NCBI GenBank assembly: GCA_951406725.2
Contig: OX597834.1
Location: 35,092,001 to 35,156,000, forward strand
Direction: 5' to 3'
Length of the DNA: 64,000 bases
DNA from: Octopus vulgaris
Lineage: Eukaryota
The position numbers and the translations under genes are program-made. The notes beneath the pieces were generated by a model. It was not told where the DNA came from. It searched no databases and saw only the letters and a program-made list of their open reading frames with translations. This document shows, in pieces, positions 30,495-45,042 of the stretch. Numbering within the stretch: the stretch's first letter is position 1; every line of letters begins with the position of its first letter.

Positions 30495-31289
30495 GTGTGT
30501 GTATGTGTTTTCTTTTATTCTTTTACTTGTTTTAGTTGTTTGACTTCGGCCATGCTGGAGCACAGCCTTGAAGGGTTTTAATCAAACAAATCGGCCCCAG
30601 AACTCATTTTCTAGGACTGCTTGTCTATCGATTAATAGATAATGGTCTCAAATTTTGGCACAAAGCCAGTAATTTTAGGAGTGATAATATGTTGATAGCA
30701 TCACTCCCAGTGTTCAACTGGTACTTACTTTACTGACTCCGAAAAGATGAAAGACAAAGTTGACCTCAACAGAGTTTGCACTTAGAACATAAAGACAGAC
30801 AAAAAGACACTAAGCAATTTGCCCATCATGCTAACAATTCTGCCAGTTCACCATCTTAAAAGAAAAAAAATTAAATAAAAATCTGGACATCAAAATAAAT
30901 AAGAATGAAGCTGTGTTTTCCACTCCAAGAACCAGCTCTTGTTACTGTGTGACACTTTGTATGCCTCACTGCCTCATTAACCCCAAGAGCTTTGCTGGAA
31001 GAGCAGAAGTTACTTTGTAGGGCTTCCCATGCTGGAGGTGGCGAGCTGGCAGAAACGTTAGCACGCTGGGTGAAATGCTTAGCAGTATTTCATCTGCCAT
31101 TACGTTCTGAGCTCAAATTCCGCCAAGGTCGACTTTGCCTTTCGTCCTTTCAGGGTCGATAAATTAAGTGCCAGTTACGCACTGGGGTCGATGTAATTGA
31201 CTTAATCCCTTTGTCTGTCCTTGTTTGTCCCCTCTGTGTTTAGCCTCTTTTGGGCAATAAAGAAATAAGGGCCTCCCATGCTGGACAGG

Positions 31290-31595
31290 TCAAAGGACTG
31301 AGACCAGACTAATGTGGACCACTTTTTCCAGAGACACAAATGGGTTTGTGTAAGGCCAACACCTCCGCCTTGAAAAATGCAAACAGACCTCCGGGAGAGA
31401 AAGGCCTTCTCTCAAGGAACCTGGAACCAACCAGGGAGGCAAGAGAGAGGATACCCTAAAAATAGCTGGAGGCAGAGATGGAAAAGCAGGATCCAACTGG
31501 ATAGAAGCAGAAAAGATGGCCAAGAGTTGAGAACAGTGGAGAAAAGTTGTCAATGGCCTAGAACACTCAATAGCAAACGAAGTGTTTCAGTAAGT
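31290..31595 (+). mobile_element. RTE-clade LINE 3' fragment
   Basis: WNQPGRQERGYPKNSWR resembles the RTE C-terminal W.P.G.R.RGRPK.TW motif; ends in TAAGTAA. Confidence 0.6.
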
Positions 31596-32354
31596 AAATC
31601 GTGTTTTAATCATTTAAGTTCTAGATACTTCCATCCTGTGTTCTCTGGCCATAATTCATCTCTGACATTAAGTGCAAACCAGCAAGTAAAAGGTTTTATT
31701 TAACAACACCTCCCCCCCTTCCTTCTTCAGGCCTAAGATCTATTTCAATTGGTTGCAGAGCTTGAGGAGTGGAGGGTGAGGACAAAAACAGTGGTGGTTG
31801 TAGCGTTGGTGGTGATGAATGAAACAATAAAAAAATCCTCCGTCCCGCCCCCACCCCTGTGTTAGTCATTTCATTGTGAATGAAACTAAATAACACACTT
31901 GACAGCTGTATTTCTCTTAATTTATTTCAACAATTCTCACTGGACATTATAATCAAACAAAAAAAAAAGATGGACTGGTGGATAGCTGGATGGATGGTCA
32001 GTAGTCAGCCACAGTTTCTTCAGGATTACAACAACTCAATATCATCATCATCACCATCGTCGTTGTTATGTCCACGTTTCCATGCATGTGTCAAGACAAA
32101 ATCTGTTGAGGCAGAATTTTCTACAGTTGGATGCCCTTCCTGTCACCAACCCTCACTTGTTTCCAAGTAAGGGAATATTTCCTCAACACCAGACATGCTT
32201 TTCATGGAAGACTGGAAATGAAGGACAACTGCTTTTAAGTGGGAAAAGAAATAGAGGCAGGGAGGGAGGGAGAAAGAGAGAGGGAGAGAAAGAGAGAGGG
32301 AGAGAGGGGGAAGAGAGGGAGTAGGGAGAGAGAGAGGGAGAAGCCCATTGTATG

Positions 32355-32577
32355 TATGAGGTGGTGCTGAAGAGTTCCTGGCTTTGGGGTTTAAAAAATA
32401 CAGGAGGATCAGTTAATTATGGTTTTATTCACCATGTTCCCCTTCTCAGATTCACACACTTATTACAGCAGTCCTTCAGTTTTTCTAAGCCCTGTAAAAG
32501 AACTCAGAAATCTGGGCTTCCAACCAGGCCTTTTGAAATACCCCTTAAAGCCAGGAACTTTCCAGCACCTCCTCATA
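32355..32577 (-). mobile_element. Mariner-derived MITE nested in a SINE
   Basis: TIRs TATGAGGTGGTGCTG..AGTTCCTGGCTTT / AAAGCCAGGAACT..CAGCACCTCCTCATA; reverse complement of the 24350 element. Confidence 0.85.
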
Positions 32578-33920
32578 TGTGTGTGCATCTTTGTGTATGT
32601 GTTTATCCTCCACTACTGCTTGACAACTGATGTTGGTGTGTTTACGTCCCAGTAACTTAGCAGTTCAGCAAAAGTGAATGATCAAATAAGTACCAGGCTT
32701 TACAAAAAATAATAAGTACCAGGGTCGATTCGTTGAGATAAAAACTCTTCAAGGTGGTGCCCCAGCATGGCCACAGTCTAATGACTGAAACAAGTAAAAG
32801 GCAGAAGAAAAAATAGAAAGGATAAGATGTTTGTGGTTCAAACACCTTCGATTATTGGTCTTCCAAGCAGGTGTTGATCTAGGGGTCAACAAGTGCAAAG
32901 CTGTATTTTTCACATAGCCAAGACTGAGACCATACAAAAAAGAAAAAAAAGAATCTTCACTGAATAGGATGCCAGTCTTCTACGAGGTTAACTTCCCAGC
33001 TATATTTCTTGTTTATAGGTGAGTGGACTGGAGCAATGTGAAATGAAGTATTTTGCTCAAGAACACATAACAGACTGCCCTGTGTGGGAATTGAAACCAC
33101 AATCTTACAATCAGGAGTGTAACATCCTAACCACTAGGGCACATGAGTTCACCAGTCCTAGACACACTTCCTCCCACACTCACACCAAAAGCGGAAAAGA
33201 TGCTTGTGGCTGGAACACCTTTGATCATGGGTTTTCCGTGCAGGAGATGACCTTGGGGGTCAACAGCAAGTGTAAGCTTACATTCTTGACATAGCCAAGA
33301 CTTGAGGTCTGGTCTTAAAGAAAAAGAAAGAAAAAAAGGCCAGACTTCCTTTAGCCAGTCAGAAAATACTGAACATTCCAGGACAGCTGGCTGCTAATAC
33401 TTCTACAAATCACTACATAGGTGAAACAAAGTAGGGGTTGGGAGTGGGACATAATAAAGGACACCCACTAATGTTCACCTTGCTGGTTTTAGTGTCCAAT
33501 AATGGTTGGTTGGTTGGGTGGTTGGTTGGTTGGAAAATTACATATGTATATCCTTCATCACGTATCAAGAAAATTGCCATAATCAAGGCTGTGTGGTAAG
33601 AAGCTTGCTTCCTAACCACATGGTTCTGGGTTCAGTCCCACTGCATGGCACCTTGAGCAAGTGTCTTCTGCCACAGCCTCAAGCCAACCAAAGCCTTGTG
33701 AGTGGATTTGGTAGACAGAAACTGAAAGAAGCCCATCGTATATGTGTGTGTGCCCTCCCGCCATCGCTTGACAACCCCATAACTTAGCAGTTCAGCAAAA
33801 GACCTTGATAGAATAGTACTAGGCTTACAAAGAATAAGTCCTGGGGTCCAGTTGTTCAACTAAAGGCAGTACTCCAGCATGGCCACAGTCAAATGACAGA
33901 GACAAAATTATATATATATA

Positions 33921-34031
<111 letters not shown>

Positions 34032-34301
34032 AATAATGTCGGTAGGGTTAAAATCCAAGCTGTGCCTTCTTGAAGCACATCTGCTTAGGAGTTGAAAATT
34101 CTGGAAATATTATCTGCAGAGTAATTGTATATAAAATCAAAAGACTGGAAGAATTCTTTGGTATTATCTATTCACCATTACACATGTTTCATTTGCCAAT
34201 AGGAAATACAAAATCATACATGTAGGATAAGCATGTGATATATCTCTTATTAGAAATTCTTCAGAGCGTTATCCCACACATACAGTTTTGTAACTCCTAT
34301 T

Positions 34302-34523
34302 ACTCTTTTACTCTTATACTTGTTTCAGTCATTTGACCGCAGTCATGCTGGAGCACTACCTTTTTAGTCGAGCAAATCGACCCCAGGACTTATTCTTTGT
34401 AAGCTTAATACTTATTCTATTGGTCTCTTTTGCCAAACCGCTAAGTACAGGGACGCAAACACACCAGCATTGGTTGTCAAGCGATGTTGGGGGGGGGGGG
34501 GAAACACAGACACACAAACATAT

Positions 34524-34560
<37 letters not shown>

Positions 34561-34731
34561 CATATACACGACGGGCTTCTTTCAGTTTCCGTCTACCAAA
34601 TCCACTCACAAGGCTTTGGTCGGCCTGAAGCTATAGCAGAAGACACTTGCCCAAGGTGCCACACAGTGGGACTGAACCCAGAACCATGTGGTTGGTAAGC
34701 AAGCTACTTACCACACAGCCACTCCTGCACC
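34302..34731 (-). mobile_element. SINE family 1 copy
   Basis: Reverse complement of the 35948 element. Confidence 0.88.
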
Positions 34732-35605
34732 TATTAGCAAATGAAACACGTGTAATGTTGACTAACTCATATCAATCTCCTGTTTTGACATATATATATG
34801 TTAGTTGCAATACAGAAAGATTATCTTAGAAAGCTAATAAACCCATGATTAAAATTAATGTTTATTTCTTGTGTTCTAACAAAGCAATACTACCTGAGGT
34901 GTCTAATTTCATTTTCTTGGACAGCAAACATTAATTTAGGTTACTCTTCTCGATTACACAGTATCGTTAGCAGTGAAGAGCAAACATTAAGCATTTAGAT
35001 GTACTTATGTGGTCAACACGGAGAGGAATAAATCATTTTTAGCTTTTTTTTTATACTGTTCAGATTTTAAGTTATTTACAATAAATGTTGGTGAAATATT
35101 AGTAAGAACCTGAGAATGGTATGTTGCTGCATCAGCAGACTTCTATTACAAGATTTAGTTTTGAGCATTTCATGAGTTATGTAGGTGTTACCTGAAAAAA
35201 GATTCCTTTTGATGAATTACCCTTACCTATAAAACAAAACAGGCAAATATAATAATAATCATCATCATCATCGTTTAGCGTCCGTTTTCCATGCTAGCAT
35301 GGGTTGGACGGTTCAACTGGGGTCTGTGAAGCCAGAAAGCTTCATCAGGCCCAGTCAGATCTGGCAGTGTTTCTACGGCTGGATGCCCTTCCTAACGCCA
35401 AATAATAATAATAATAATAATCAGCATCATTGTTTTAACATTCATTTTTCTATACTTGCATGGATCAGATGGAATTTAATGAGGCAGACTGTCTATAGCT
35501 GTATGCCCTTCTTGTCGTCAACTTTCATTTGTTTCTGAGTGAGGTAACATTTCCCAATGGCCAAATGTTTTTGCAGAACATTGGAAATGAATTGTTGTTG
35601 TTTGT

Positions 35606-35882
35606 TCCTTCTCGAGCCATGCCTGGCTCATAAGGGCCAGTTTCCCCGGTTTCCTTGGCATATAGGATCCCCACCTGGATGGGACGCCGGTCCGTCGCAG
35701 GTGAGTGTGAGAGAAAGTTGTGGCGAAAGAGTCAGCAGAAGTTTCGCCATTACATTCTGCTAGAGCCGCGTGGAGCTTAGGTGTTTCGCTCATAAACACA
35801 CACATCGCCCTGTCTGAGATTCGAACCCGCGATCCCTCGACCGCGAGTCCATTGCTCTAACCACTCGGCCATGTGCCTCCAC
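35606..35882 (-). mobile_element. tRNA-derived SINE family 4
   Basis: Paralog of 3507-3803. Confidence 0.85.
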
Positions 35883-35947
35883 TATTGGAAATGAATGACA
35901 TTCATTTATAACAATCACATGATGTCGAGTAAACACAAACACACATA

Positions 35948-36350
35948 GGCGCAGGAGTGGCTGTGTGGTAAGTAGCTTGCTAACCAACCACATGGTTCCG
36001 GGTTCAGTCCCACTGCGTGGCATCTTGGGCAAGTGTCTTCTGCTATAGCCCCGGGCCGACCAATGCCTTGTGAGTGGATTTGGTAGACGGAAACTGAAAG
36101 AAGCCTGTCATATATATATATATGTGTGTGTGCGTGTATGTTTGTGTGTCTGTGTTTGTCCCCCTAGCATTGCTTGATAACCGATGCTGGTGTGTTTATG
36201 TCCCCGTTACTTAGCGGTTCGGCAAAAGAGACCGATAGAATAAGTACTGGGCTTACAAAAGAATAAGTCCCGGAGTCGAGTTGCTCGATTAAAGGCAGTG
36301 CTCCAGCATGGCTGCAGTCAAATGACTGAAACAAGTAAAAGAGTAAAGAG
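35948..36350 (+). mobile_element. tRNA-derived SINE family 1, full-length representative
   Basis: A box TGGCTGTGTGG, B box GGTTCAGTCCC, internal (TA)/(TG) tract, tail GAAACAAGTAAAAGAG. Many copies, e.g. 617-975(-), 5185-5522(-), 16425-16780(-), 33585-33905(+), 34302-34731(-), 36706-37097(+), 54730-55094(-). Confidence 0.9.
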
Positions 36351-37559
36351 AGACACACATTCACACAAAAATGCATACAAATATGGTGATTGAACTCTCA
36401 GCTTACAATAAGCATGTTGCTCTCAACCCCTTTGCATTACGTATCCTTACACCCACAATTGGTCCTCCAAACCAGCGTTTCTCAGCTATTCCTATCTATG
36501 GATAAAACTACTTCTATAGATACTACTTTCAAATTTCCTATTTTGTCCCCCCCCCCCCCCTTCACTCATGTAAGTTTGCAACAAGACTCTCTAACAGAAC
36601 ATGTTTCAGTAGCTGGAAACATGTTGAACTACGTAAACCATTAAAGAAACAACCGAGCTTTTTCTTGCAATAAATACACCCAAAGCAAAATTTTTTTTCA
36701 GACATTGGAATGGCTGTGTGGTAAGTAGCTTGCTTACCAACCACATGGTTCCAGGTTCAGTCCCACTGCATGGCACCTTGGGCAAATGTCTTCTACTATA
36801 GCCTCGGGCCGACCAAAGCCTTGTCAGTGGATTTGATAGATGGAAACTGAAAAAAGCCCATCGTATATATATGTGTGTGTGTGTGTGTGTATATATATGT
36901 TTGTCTCCCCAACATCGCTTGATGACCGATGCTGGTGTGTTTACATCCCCGTAACTTAGCGGTTTGGCATAAGAGACTGATAGAATAAGTACTAGGCTTA
37001 CAAAGAATAAGTCCTGTAGTCGATTTGCTCAACTAAAGGTGGTTCTCCAGCATGGCCTCAGTCAAATGACTGAAACAAGTAAAAGAGAAAGAGTAAAGAG
37101 AAACCCTTAAAACACTACTGTGAATCCCTAATTTACTAAATTGCTTGCATGGCACCCCAACAGGGACATATGGACTTTGTTTGAGCCCCACTGCTTTAAA
37201 CGGATTACTGCAGGAGCTCCCTAAGATAGACACACTAACTCTCAAGCTGCTTAAGTGTTACTGGAAATGAAGACATAAGGATGGTGTCTGTGGTCTTAAA
37301 TCTGTATTGATGTCACGTGAAGCATATATTGTAATGCTGAAGTAACATCTGCAGAAGGGAAATGAAGCCAGGAACTAAACTTGCCCAAATTTGGCAAGAA
37401 TGAAAACAGCAATATCATTAGAATCAGTAACGAACCTGAAAAGAGGCACAGAGTAAGAGTTGATATAGATCTCACCCCAAGAAGCATTGGTTAATTCTAA
37501 TTATCAGAACAATAAAAAGTAATGGACAAGTTCACTTAGAACATAATGCACAAAAGACA

Positions 37560-38012
37560 AAAGCTCTATAGGGAATAAATCAAATCAAAAGCTTGGCACA
37601 AAGGACTGACAAGTTTATGACATATCACTTTGAAAGCAACTTCCATGCAATTGAAGAACAAGAGGTCACCACCAAGTGGCCGCTGTTTAGAAGGCAGAAA
37701 ACATTAACGAACAATAATTGTAGGTTGTGCAAAACTAAAACAGAAGACAGCAACTACATCATAGCCGACAGTGAGAGAATGTCTTCTAGGTCTTATCTGC
37801 CCATGAGGTATGATGCAGTGGCCAAAACAGTCTGGAATAGAATAAGTACAATGAAAATACTAACGAAGTTGATTGTATTGAGACCAATGGGTCATGGGTG
37901 GAACTTTAAAAATTCAAACAGCCACCAAGTTAAAAGACCAGCTAAATATTGTTGTGTGGAATCACAAGAAAAAATGTCGTGGAAATCAGCTGCTCTGGAT
38001 ACATGGATTTGA
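37560..38012 (+). mobile_element. Decayed RLE-type non-LTR retrotransposon fragment (R4/Dong/NeSL-like C-terminus)
   Basis: CRLCKTKTEDSNYII...YLPMRYDAVAK resembles the CCHC knuckle plus RHD motif. The next frame NIVVWNHKKKC resembles the PD-(D/E)xK endonuclease. Confidence 0.7.
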
Positions 38013-38663
38013 ACACAGAATGCTAGATGCCAGAATAAATACCTATTCCTTTACTAAACACAGAGTGGACAAACAAGGACAGACAAAGGGATTAAGTCGA
38101 TTATATCGACCCCAGTGCGTAACTGGTACTTATTTAATCGACCCCGAAAGGATGAAAGGCAAAGTCGACCTCGGTGGAATTTGAACTCAGAACGTAGCGG
38201 CAGACGAAATACCACTAAGCATTTCGCTGGCATGCTAACGTTTCTGCCAGCTCGCCAGAATAAATCCCTCAATGCCACTTTATTTAATTATCTATACTTA
38301 TGCCATTGAGCCAATTTAGTTATTTCCCTTATTGCGCTGTTGTCCTTTTTTTTTTTTTTAATTCGGTGGAGAAAAGTTTGTCTGAGGTGTGAAAGAGAGA
38401 GAGAGTGACGTAATGAGAAATGTTATTTTGTCGTCATCTGTCGCTAAGTTCAATTCAGCAATGTCAAACTCCCCGCTCGTCCTCCACCATGCAGCTAGTC
38501 TTTGATTAATTAAACTTATCCCGCCCGCCACATTAAGTGCGTAGGTGATTTATTAAGCTCGACGTCAATGGTTATGATAGTGATGACACAATAATAGGGT
38601 AGTACGTAGGTAGAGGCGGTGGTAATATGTATAAGTCTGCAGGGAGCTATTCTAAATATGACC

Positions 38664-38891
38664 TTAACTCTTTAGCATTTAAACCGGCCATATCCAGCCA
38701 AAAGTATTCTGCCTGTTTTATGTTCAAACTGGCCAGATCTGGTCTCTCACACCAACCCTACAATATCGTTTTAAAAATAACAGCTACCTCATCAAAATCT
38801 CATAGCTACAAGATAATGCATGATTAGTTCAAAACAAAGTGGATGAAAAAGCATTAATTATGGTAGAATAATGTAAACACTAAAGGGTTAA
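38664..38891. mobile_element. piggyBac-like MITE
   Basis: TTAA-CTCTTTAG ... CTAAAGGG-TTAA; same interior as the 18801 copy. Confidence 0.75.
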
Positions 38892-39067
38892 ACATTACTA
38901 CATCAAGAGAGAGGGTCGTTATTTCAAAGAGGAGACCAACAAACAGAGATAAAGAGAAAAGGGGACGAGGAAAAGAACCTAATAGAATTAGTTCTGTGGG
39001 ACTGTAATTTCTGATCCGGTAAAATATACAAAATTTTCATTTTCCAAAGTCGAAATATTAATTATCT

Positions 39068-39300
39068 GTTTCTTTACTACCCAAAAGGGGCTAAACACAG
39101 AGGGGACAAACAAGGACAGACAAAGGGATTAAGTCGATTATATCGATCCCAGTTCGTAACTGGTACTTAATTTATCGACCCCGAAAGGATGAAAGGCAAA
39201 GTCGACCTCGGCGGAATTTGAACTCAGAACGTATCGGCAGACGAAATACGGCTCCGCATTTCGCCCAGCGTGCTAACGGCTCTGCCAGCTCGCCGCCCTT
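39068..39300 (-). mobile_element. SINE family 2 (Nin-domain-like core), representative with TSD
   Basis: Core GCCTTTCATCCTTTCGGGGTCGATAAA, B-box-like GAGTTCAAATTC, 18-bp TSD TCGAAATATTAATTATCT (39050-67 / 39301-18). Other copies at 4480-4870, 11220-11940, 17958-18187, 22560-22720, 25180-25396, 27482-27899, 31037-31267, 38043-38256, 41365-41834. Confidence 0.88.
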
Positions 39301-39565
39301 TCGAAATATTAATTATCTTGAGTCTACTGTTTATCACTAATAGAAGAAATAATTATGCAAATTTATTTATTGCGTGTGTGTGTCGTGTGTACCCAGTGAA
39401 TGTGTGTAATGGGTGTGTGAATACGTGTACGTGTATGCCAGTGTGTGAAATTATGCATGTATATGTGTATGATCAGTGCGTGTGTACGTGTACGATGAGT
39501 GCGTTTGTGAAACTGTGTGAATACATATATGTGCACATGTCTGACTGCGTGTATGTATGAGTGTG

Positions 39566-39600
<35 letters not shown>

Positions 39601-40379
39601 GTGAAGGCATACGCGTGTTTCTCATCATATATATATATACACACACAAACACATATATACACACACACACACACGTGAAATCTACAGAATATTTTATTCC
39701 TACCCAACACAGTCACGTCAAACGAAAACCGTGTCTTTGGATTTTTCCATACACTGCAATGACAAAGCCGAAATTATTCAGTTAATTGCCGTCACGCAAA
39801 CACTGAACTTACAGTTTGACCTCCCACAATATATATAAATAAACAAAACTAAATAATAACGAAACTTCGCCCCCCCCCTCCTCTTTTGTGACAGTTATAC
39901 GAAGATAGATGTCAAATACGTCAAAGAGAAACTGAACGTGGGTGACAATAACGAAGATTGAAATATGGTAATTCTGATCTCTAACGGTTAAAGACGATGG
40001 GTCGGAGGCGGAGAGGGAGAGACAGAATCTAGCAAAACACATAAATATAAGCATAACTATTTATACATACACATGCATATATAGATCGCATATGCACACA
40101 TATATATACATATTAACACATGTACACACATTTATGTATAAATTTTGTTGTTTTGGGTTTTTTTTTTCTTTCAGTAGTTTCAGCTCCAGAGCTGAGGCCA
40201 TGCTGGAGCGCCGTCATTAGCTTTACCTTTCATCCTTTCGGGGTCGATAAATAAAGTACCAGATTCGCACTGGGATCGATGTAATCGACTTAATCCCTTT
40301 GTCTGTCCTTGTTTGTCCCCTCTATGTTTAGCCCCTTGTGGGTAGTAAAGAAATATATACTTTCTTTCACTATTTGAAA

Positions 40380-40625
40380 CTTCCTCTAAAATACGGCATT
40401 TTGGTGAATGAGGGAGTTTGATGTTGCTGCTCTCATCTGTGTTTCTTTGACAGGAGGAAATCCAGTTCTGTTCTGAAGACACCTTATATCCAACCCATGT
40501 AGCTGTCCAGGCTTTTGGGGGAAGATACTGAAGAGCTGTGGGCCCTTGAAACCCAAGCTGTTGCAGTATCTGGTTCTCTATCCTGATGGCAATGTTGGGA
40601 TCTTTGACAATATACAGTGGCACCC
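40380..40625 (-). mobile_element. CR1/L2-like LINE 3' fragment
   Basis: LGFQGP..LF-like and NWISS..DE segments resemble the post-RT terminus of CR1-group LINEs; frameshifted. Confidence 0.45.
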
Positions 40626-43253
40626 CGTTCAGCAGTTTGTGTAACTTTCAATGCCAAACTTTGACTCAAACCCTTCCAGGATTTCCCAAATGTATATCAC
40701 TACATATCTTTCCCGCTTTCGTTCTAGGGAGTAGAATATGAACTTTTTCCGTCTCTCCCAGTAGCTAATGTGTCGCACTGAGACGATCTTCCTTGTGAAG
40801 TTTCGCCGGATTACTTCGAATTCCCCCTTTAATTTTATAGTGGTGACCATCGTCGGGAACAGTAGTCTAAATGGCTGAGGACATGTATGCGTGCGCACAC
40901 ACACTAATTAACCATACCTTACTCGGAGTTTTTTGCAGTTTTTTTTTTTTTTGTGTGTGTGGGGAAAAGGGCAGAGACAAATTCGAACTTTGATAAACAC
41001 AGAATGTTAGCCTAAATTTTCAAATAAGGTACGTCTTAACATTAGAAATTATCCAAAACCCCTAGAGAGTGCATAATTATTTAATTAACCACGTAAACAG
41101 TGCACACAATGTAAGCTGTACCAGAAAAGTTTGTTTATAAAGAAGAAAGTAATAGGTTGTTCTTTCTCTGATGAATGTCTAAGAAGATTAGAAACTAGTC
41201 GAATCAATTCCAGTTTTTCTAACACACACAAGAGCCTACATTCCTGCAATCCTCTTAAAAATAAGAATACAATTCCGCGCATACCTCAGGGATACGGAGG
41301 TGTATTAGCTGCTGCAACAGCAACTAGCATAAAAGTACCGAAGAAAAACTTTTCGTAATAATAATTCTTTCTAGTAAAGGCACAAGGGCTGAAATTTTGA
41401 TAAGAGGCGGCCAGTAGATTACGTCGATAATAATAACCCATTCTATTATAGGCACTAGTCCTGAAATTTAGTTGGAGGGGACGAGTCGATTACATCGACC
41501 CCAGTGCTCGGCAGGTACATATTCTATCGACCCCGATATAATGAAAGGTAAAGTCGACCTCGGGAGAATTTGAACTCAGAACGTAAAGACGGGCGAAATA
41601 CCTATTTCTTTACCACCCACAAGGGGCTAAACATGGAGTGGACAAACAAAGACAGACAAAGGGATTAAGTCGATTACATCGACCCCAGTGGGAAACTGGT
41701 ACTTTATTTATCGACCCCGAAAGGATGAAAGGCAAAGTCGACCTCGGCGGAATTTGAACTCAGAACGTAGCGGCAGACGAAATACCGCTAAGTACTTCGC
41801 CCGGCGTGCTAACGTTTCTGCCAGCTCACCGCCTAATAATAATAATGATGATGGTGGTGGTGGTCCCAAATTTTAGTATAAAGCCAACAATTTCGGGGAG
41901 GGGTTAAGTTATCACATCGACCCCAGTGTTCAACTTTAAAAGGATGAAAGGCAAAGTCGACCCCGGCGGAATTTGAAGATAGAACGTGAAGACGGACGAA
42001 ATGCCGCTAAACTATTTGCACGGCAATAACGAGCTAGACCCCTATAGCCCAAAATTTTAGGCCTTATGTCTGTAGTAGAAAGGATTATTTTGATTATTGC
42101 CAAGTGACAATAATAATAATAATAGACACAGGATGGGCTTCCGCAAAGTTTCCCCTGGCATTTGACCGGTCCGATCCTACAGTTGAAGACATCTATGCCA
42201 AAGTGCCGCGCAGTGGGACTGAATCCGAAACCACGTAGTTGCGAAGCGAACTTTTTAACCACAAAGCCATGTCAGCTATAATTTTTGCACAAAAAAATAA
42301 CAATATTTTTGCCTTATATTCCAATTGGGTCTGTTAAGGCTCGGGCTAGCAGAATCTAAAGCATGCCGGGCTTAGTGGTATTTCGACCGTCTTTACTTTC
42401 TGAGTTCAAATTCCGCCGTGGTCGACTTTGCCTTTCAGGATCGATAAAATAAATATCAGTTGAGCGTTGGGGCTAATGTAATCGACTTACCCCTTACCAC
42501 GAACTTGCTGGCCTTGTGCCAAAATTTTCAACCAATATCAATGGGTCCCAGTCAAAATGTTCAACCATGTGTTTTCAGTTATGCGATCAATTGAACAATT
42601 GGGCTAATTGAATTGATGTTTAAAGTGGCAGACTATTCTGCAGATACGGGTACCTTGAACGTAATTCTCAAGCAGAAATCAGTGTGACAAGGCTAAGGCT
42701 TTTGATTACAGATACGATCCTTCCAATTGTTTCCAAACAGATGCCGTCTGCCCAGTTTCACTGACAAGGTTGAACCGAGGCTGCATAAAACGATAATGAC
42801 CTAAGAAATCATGCTGAGTCACCGTGGTGTATACATACATACAGCGCTGGACTAACCATTAAACAAAATAAGTATGTTCTTAGGACATCAAAGGGAAGGG
42901 AGGCACCATAGAAATGGTAAATGGTTGACGGCACAAAAGAATTCACTTTAAACTTGCTAAAATAATATTCGGGATTCCTTTTCTCTCCTAAGTATAGAAG
43001 CAGATGTGTTACATAAGATTAATTTTGAAGGTCTGATCAAAGACAAAGTAGGAGAAAACTTTTCAAATATAAAGTGAAAGTATAAAAAAAATACAAATAT
43101 TTTCTTACTGTTAGTTTTGTTTTATTTTAAAAAGTATAAATTTATTTTATGGTTTATTATTGTTTATATTTTGAATTGTGAGTGCACCAAACATTTCTAA
43201 GTGGATAGAGTCTGCATGGGTCTTAATCCAGCTCTATCTATCTACCTGCCCAC

Positions 43254-43288
<35 letters not shown>

Positions 43289-43338
43289 CTTGCCCACCTA
43301 TCTACATATCTATCTATCTATCTATCTATCTATCTACA

Positions 43339-43373
<35 letters not shown>

Positions 43374-44424
43374 ACACACACATTGGCATAGCTACACAAG
43401 TGTGATACGAGGTACGACGACTTTATTTCTTCATAACTTTCAGAAAGATGGACATTTTTTTGTTTGTTTTTTTAATGATATTTTCTACAAATACCTTTCA
43501 GACAGTGTAGGTTCCGACTGCATTCTAACTTTTGCTGTATTAGCTTTAATCGGTAGAATGTGCCGTACACGAAATTTTCTTCCCCGAGTCAATTTTGTAA
43601 CTTACAATCAATTAAAAATAGTAAAACAAAATACACACACATACATTCAGTTTATTTCTCCTGTTCTAACACAACACACACACACGTGTATGTATGTATG
43701 TACTGAGTGTGTTCGCATTTAAACTTACAGATTATTCTTTTTGATAATCATACAATTTAATTATAGGCGCGAGCACATACGTAATATAGACATTCAGATA
43801 CTTACACATGTCTACGCATTGTTATGTGCATGTATATAGTTAACTACAATTTATATAGTCAGATTGTGTAATATCTATACATATAACCATTACACAATCT
43901 CAGAAAATAACAGTATTCTTAAAGAAGATTAAATAAGAAAAATACCAACATCATACTGAACATTTTCAAAATCTTTTTAGTAAATATTACTGAGAGATGA
44001 ATTAATTATTTTACAAACGACGTTAGGTGCAGTTTTTCAATGAATAAAATCTCAAACAGCACTGCACTAGAGGTCCTTATTGCAAACTTGTGATATCAGA
44101 TTTCCAATTATGTATGAAGATATATATAAATAAATAAAACATTGCCATTTATTTACACTATAGAAACACACGTTGTTATTTTATTTCTGTTTCGTTTTTG
44201 TTTGGCTCCCCGCACCCAAGGATATAAATCCGGGTGGTTCGTAATAACCTGTCGGGTAAGTCGGAGATTTTGGATTGATGGATACAAAGTGTGATATTCC
44301 GTTATGTGGTGGGATGAACACTATAACAAAAATAAGTACTCTATCCAGCGAGAGGTAAATATTGAATATACACAGGGTTTATAGTGACTTATAGTAGATC
44401 AATCTTAAATCCTATGTATATTAA

Positions 44425-44504
44425 ATGATATATATATATATGTATGTATGTGTATGTATATATATACTTACATACATAAATATATACATATATACATATG
44501 TATG

Positions 44505-44551
<47 letters not shown>

Positions 44552-44727
44552 TGTTGCTCGGGTTTGTAGAAATAACTATAAAGCATTTTAGTTATAGCCA
44601 AAAATGAAAAAATTATGGTCAATTTTCTTTAGTTAAAAGGTCGATAGACAGTCTGTGGTTTGTATGATTCTCGACCCCATGTCGAATTTATCGATTTTAT
44701 ACATATGTATGTATGTGTGTGTGTTTC

Positions 44728-44761
<34 letters not shown>

Positions 44762-44944
44762 ATATATGTGTGTGTGTGTATGTATATATATATACTTACA
44801 TACATAAATACATATGTATGTGTGTATGTGCATATATGTATGTATATATATACTTACATACATACATAAATACATATGTATGTATGTGTTTATATATATA
44901 TATATATACTTACATAAATACATATGTACGTGTATGTATGTATG

Positions 44945-44987
<43 letters not shown>

Positions 44988-45042
44988 TTACATAAATACA
45001 TATATACATATGTACGTGTATGTATGTATATATATATATATA
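44425..45042. repeat. Compound (TA)n/(TATG)n microsatellite with repeated TACTTACATACATAAATA unit
   Basis: Direct reading. Confidence 0.88.

Noticed and set aside
44222-44262. TATAAA followed by a GTAAGT donor
   Set aside because: Only about 30 nt apart, leaving no room for an exon; no other support.
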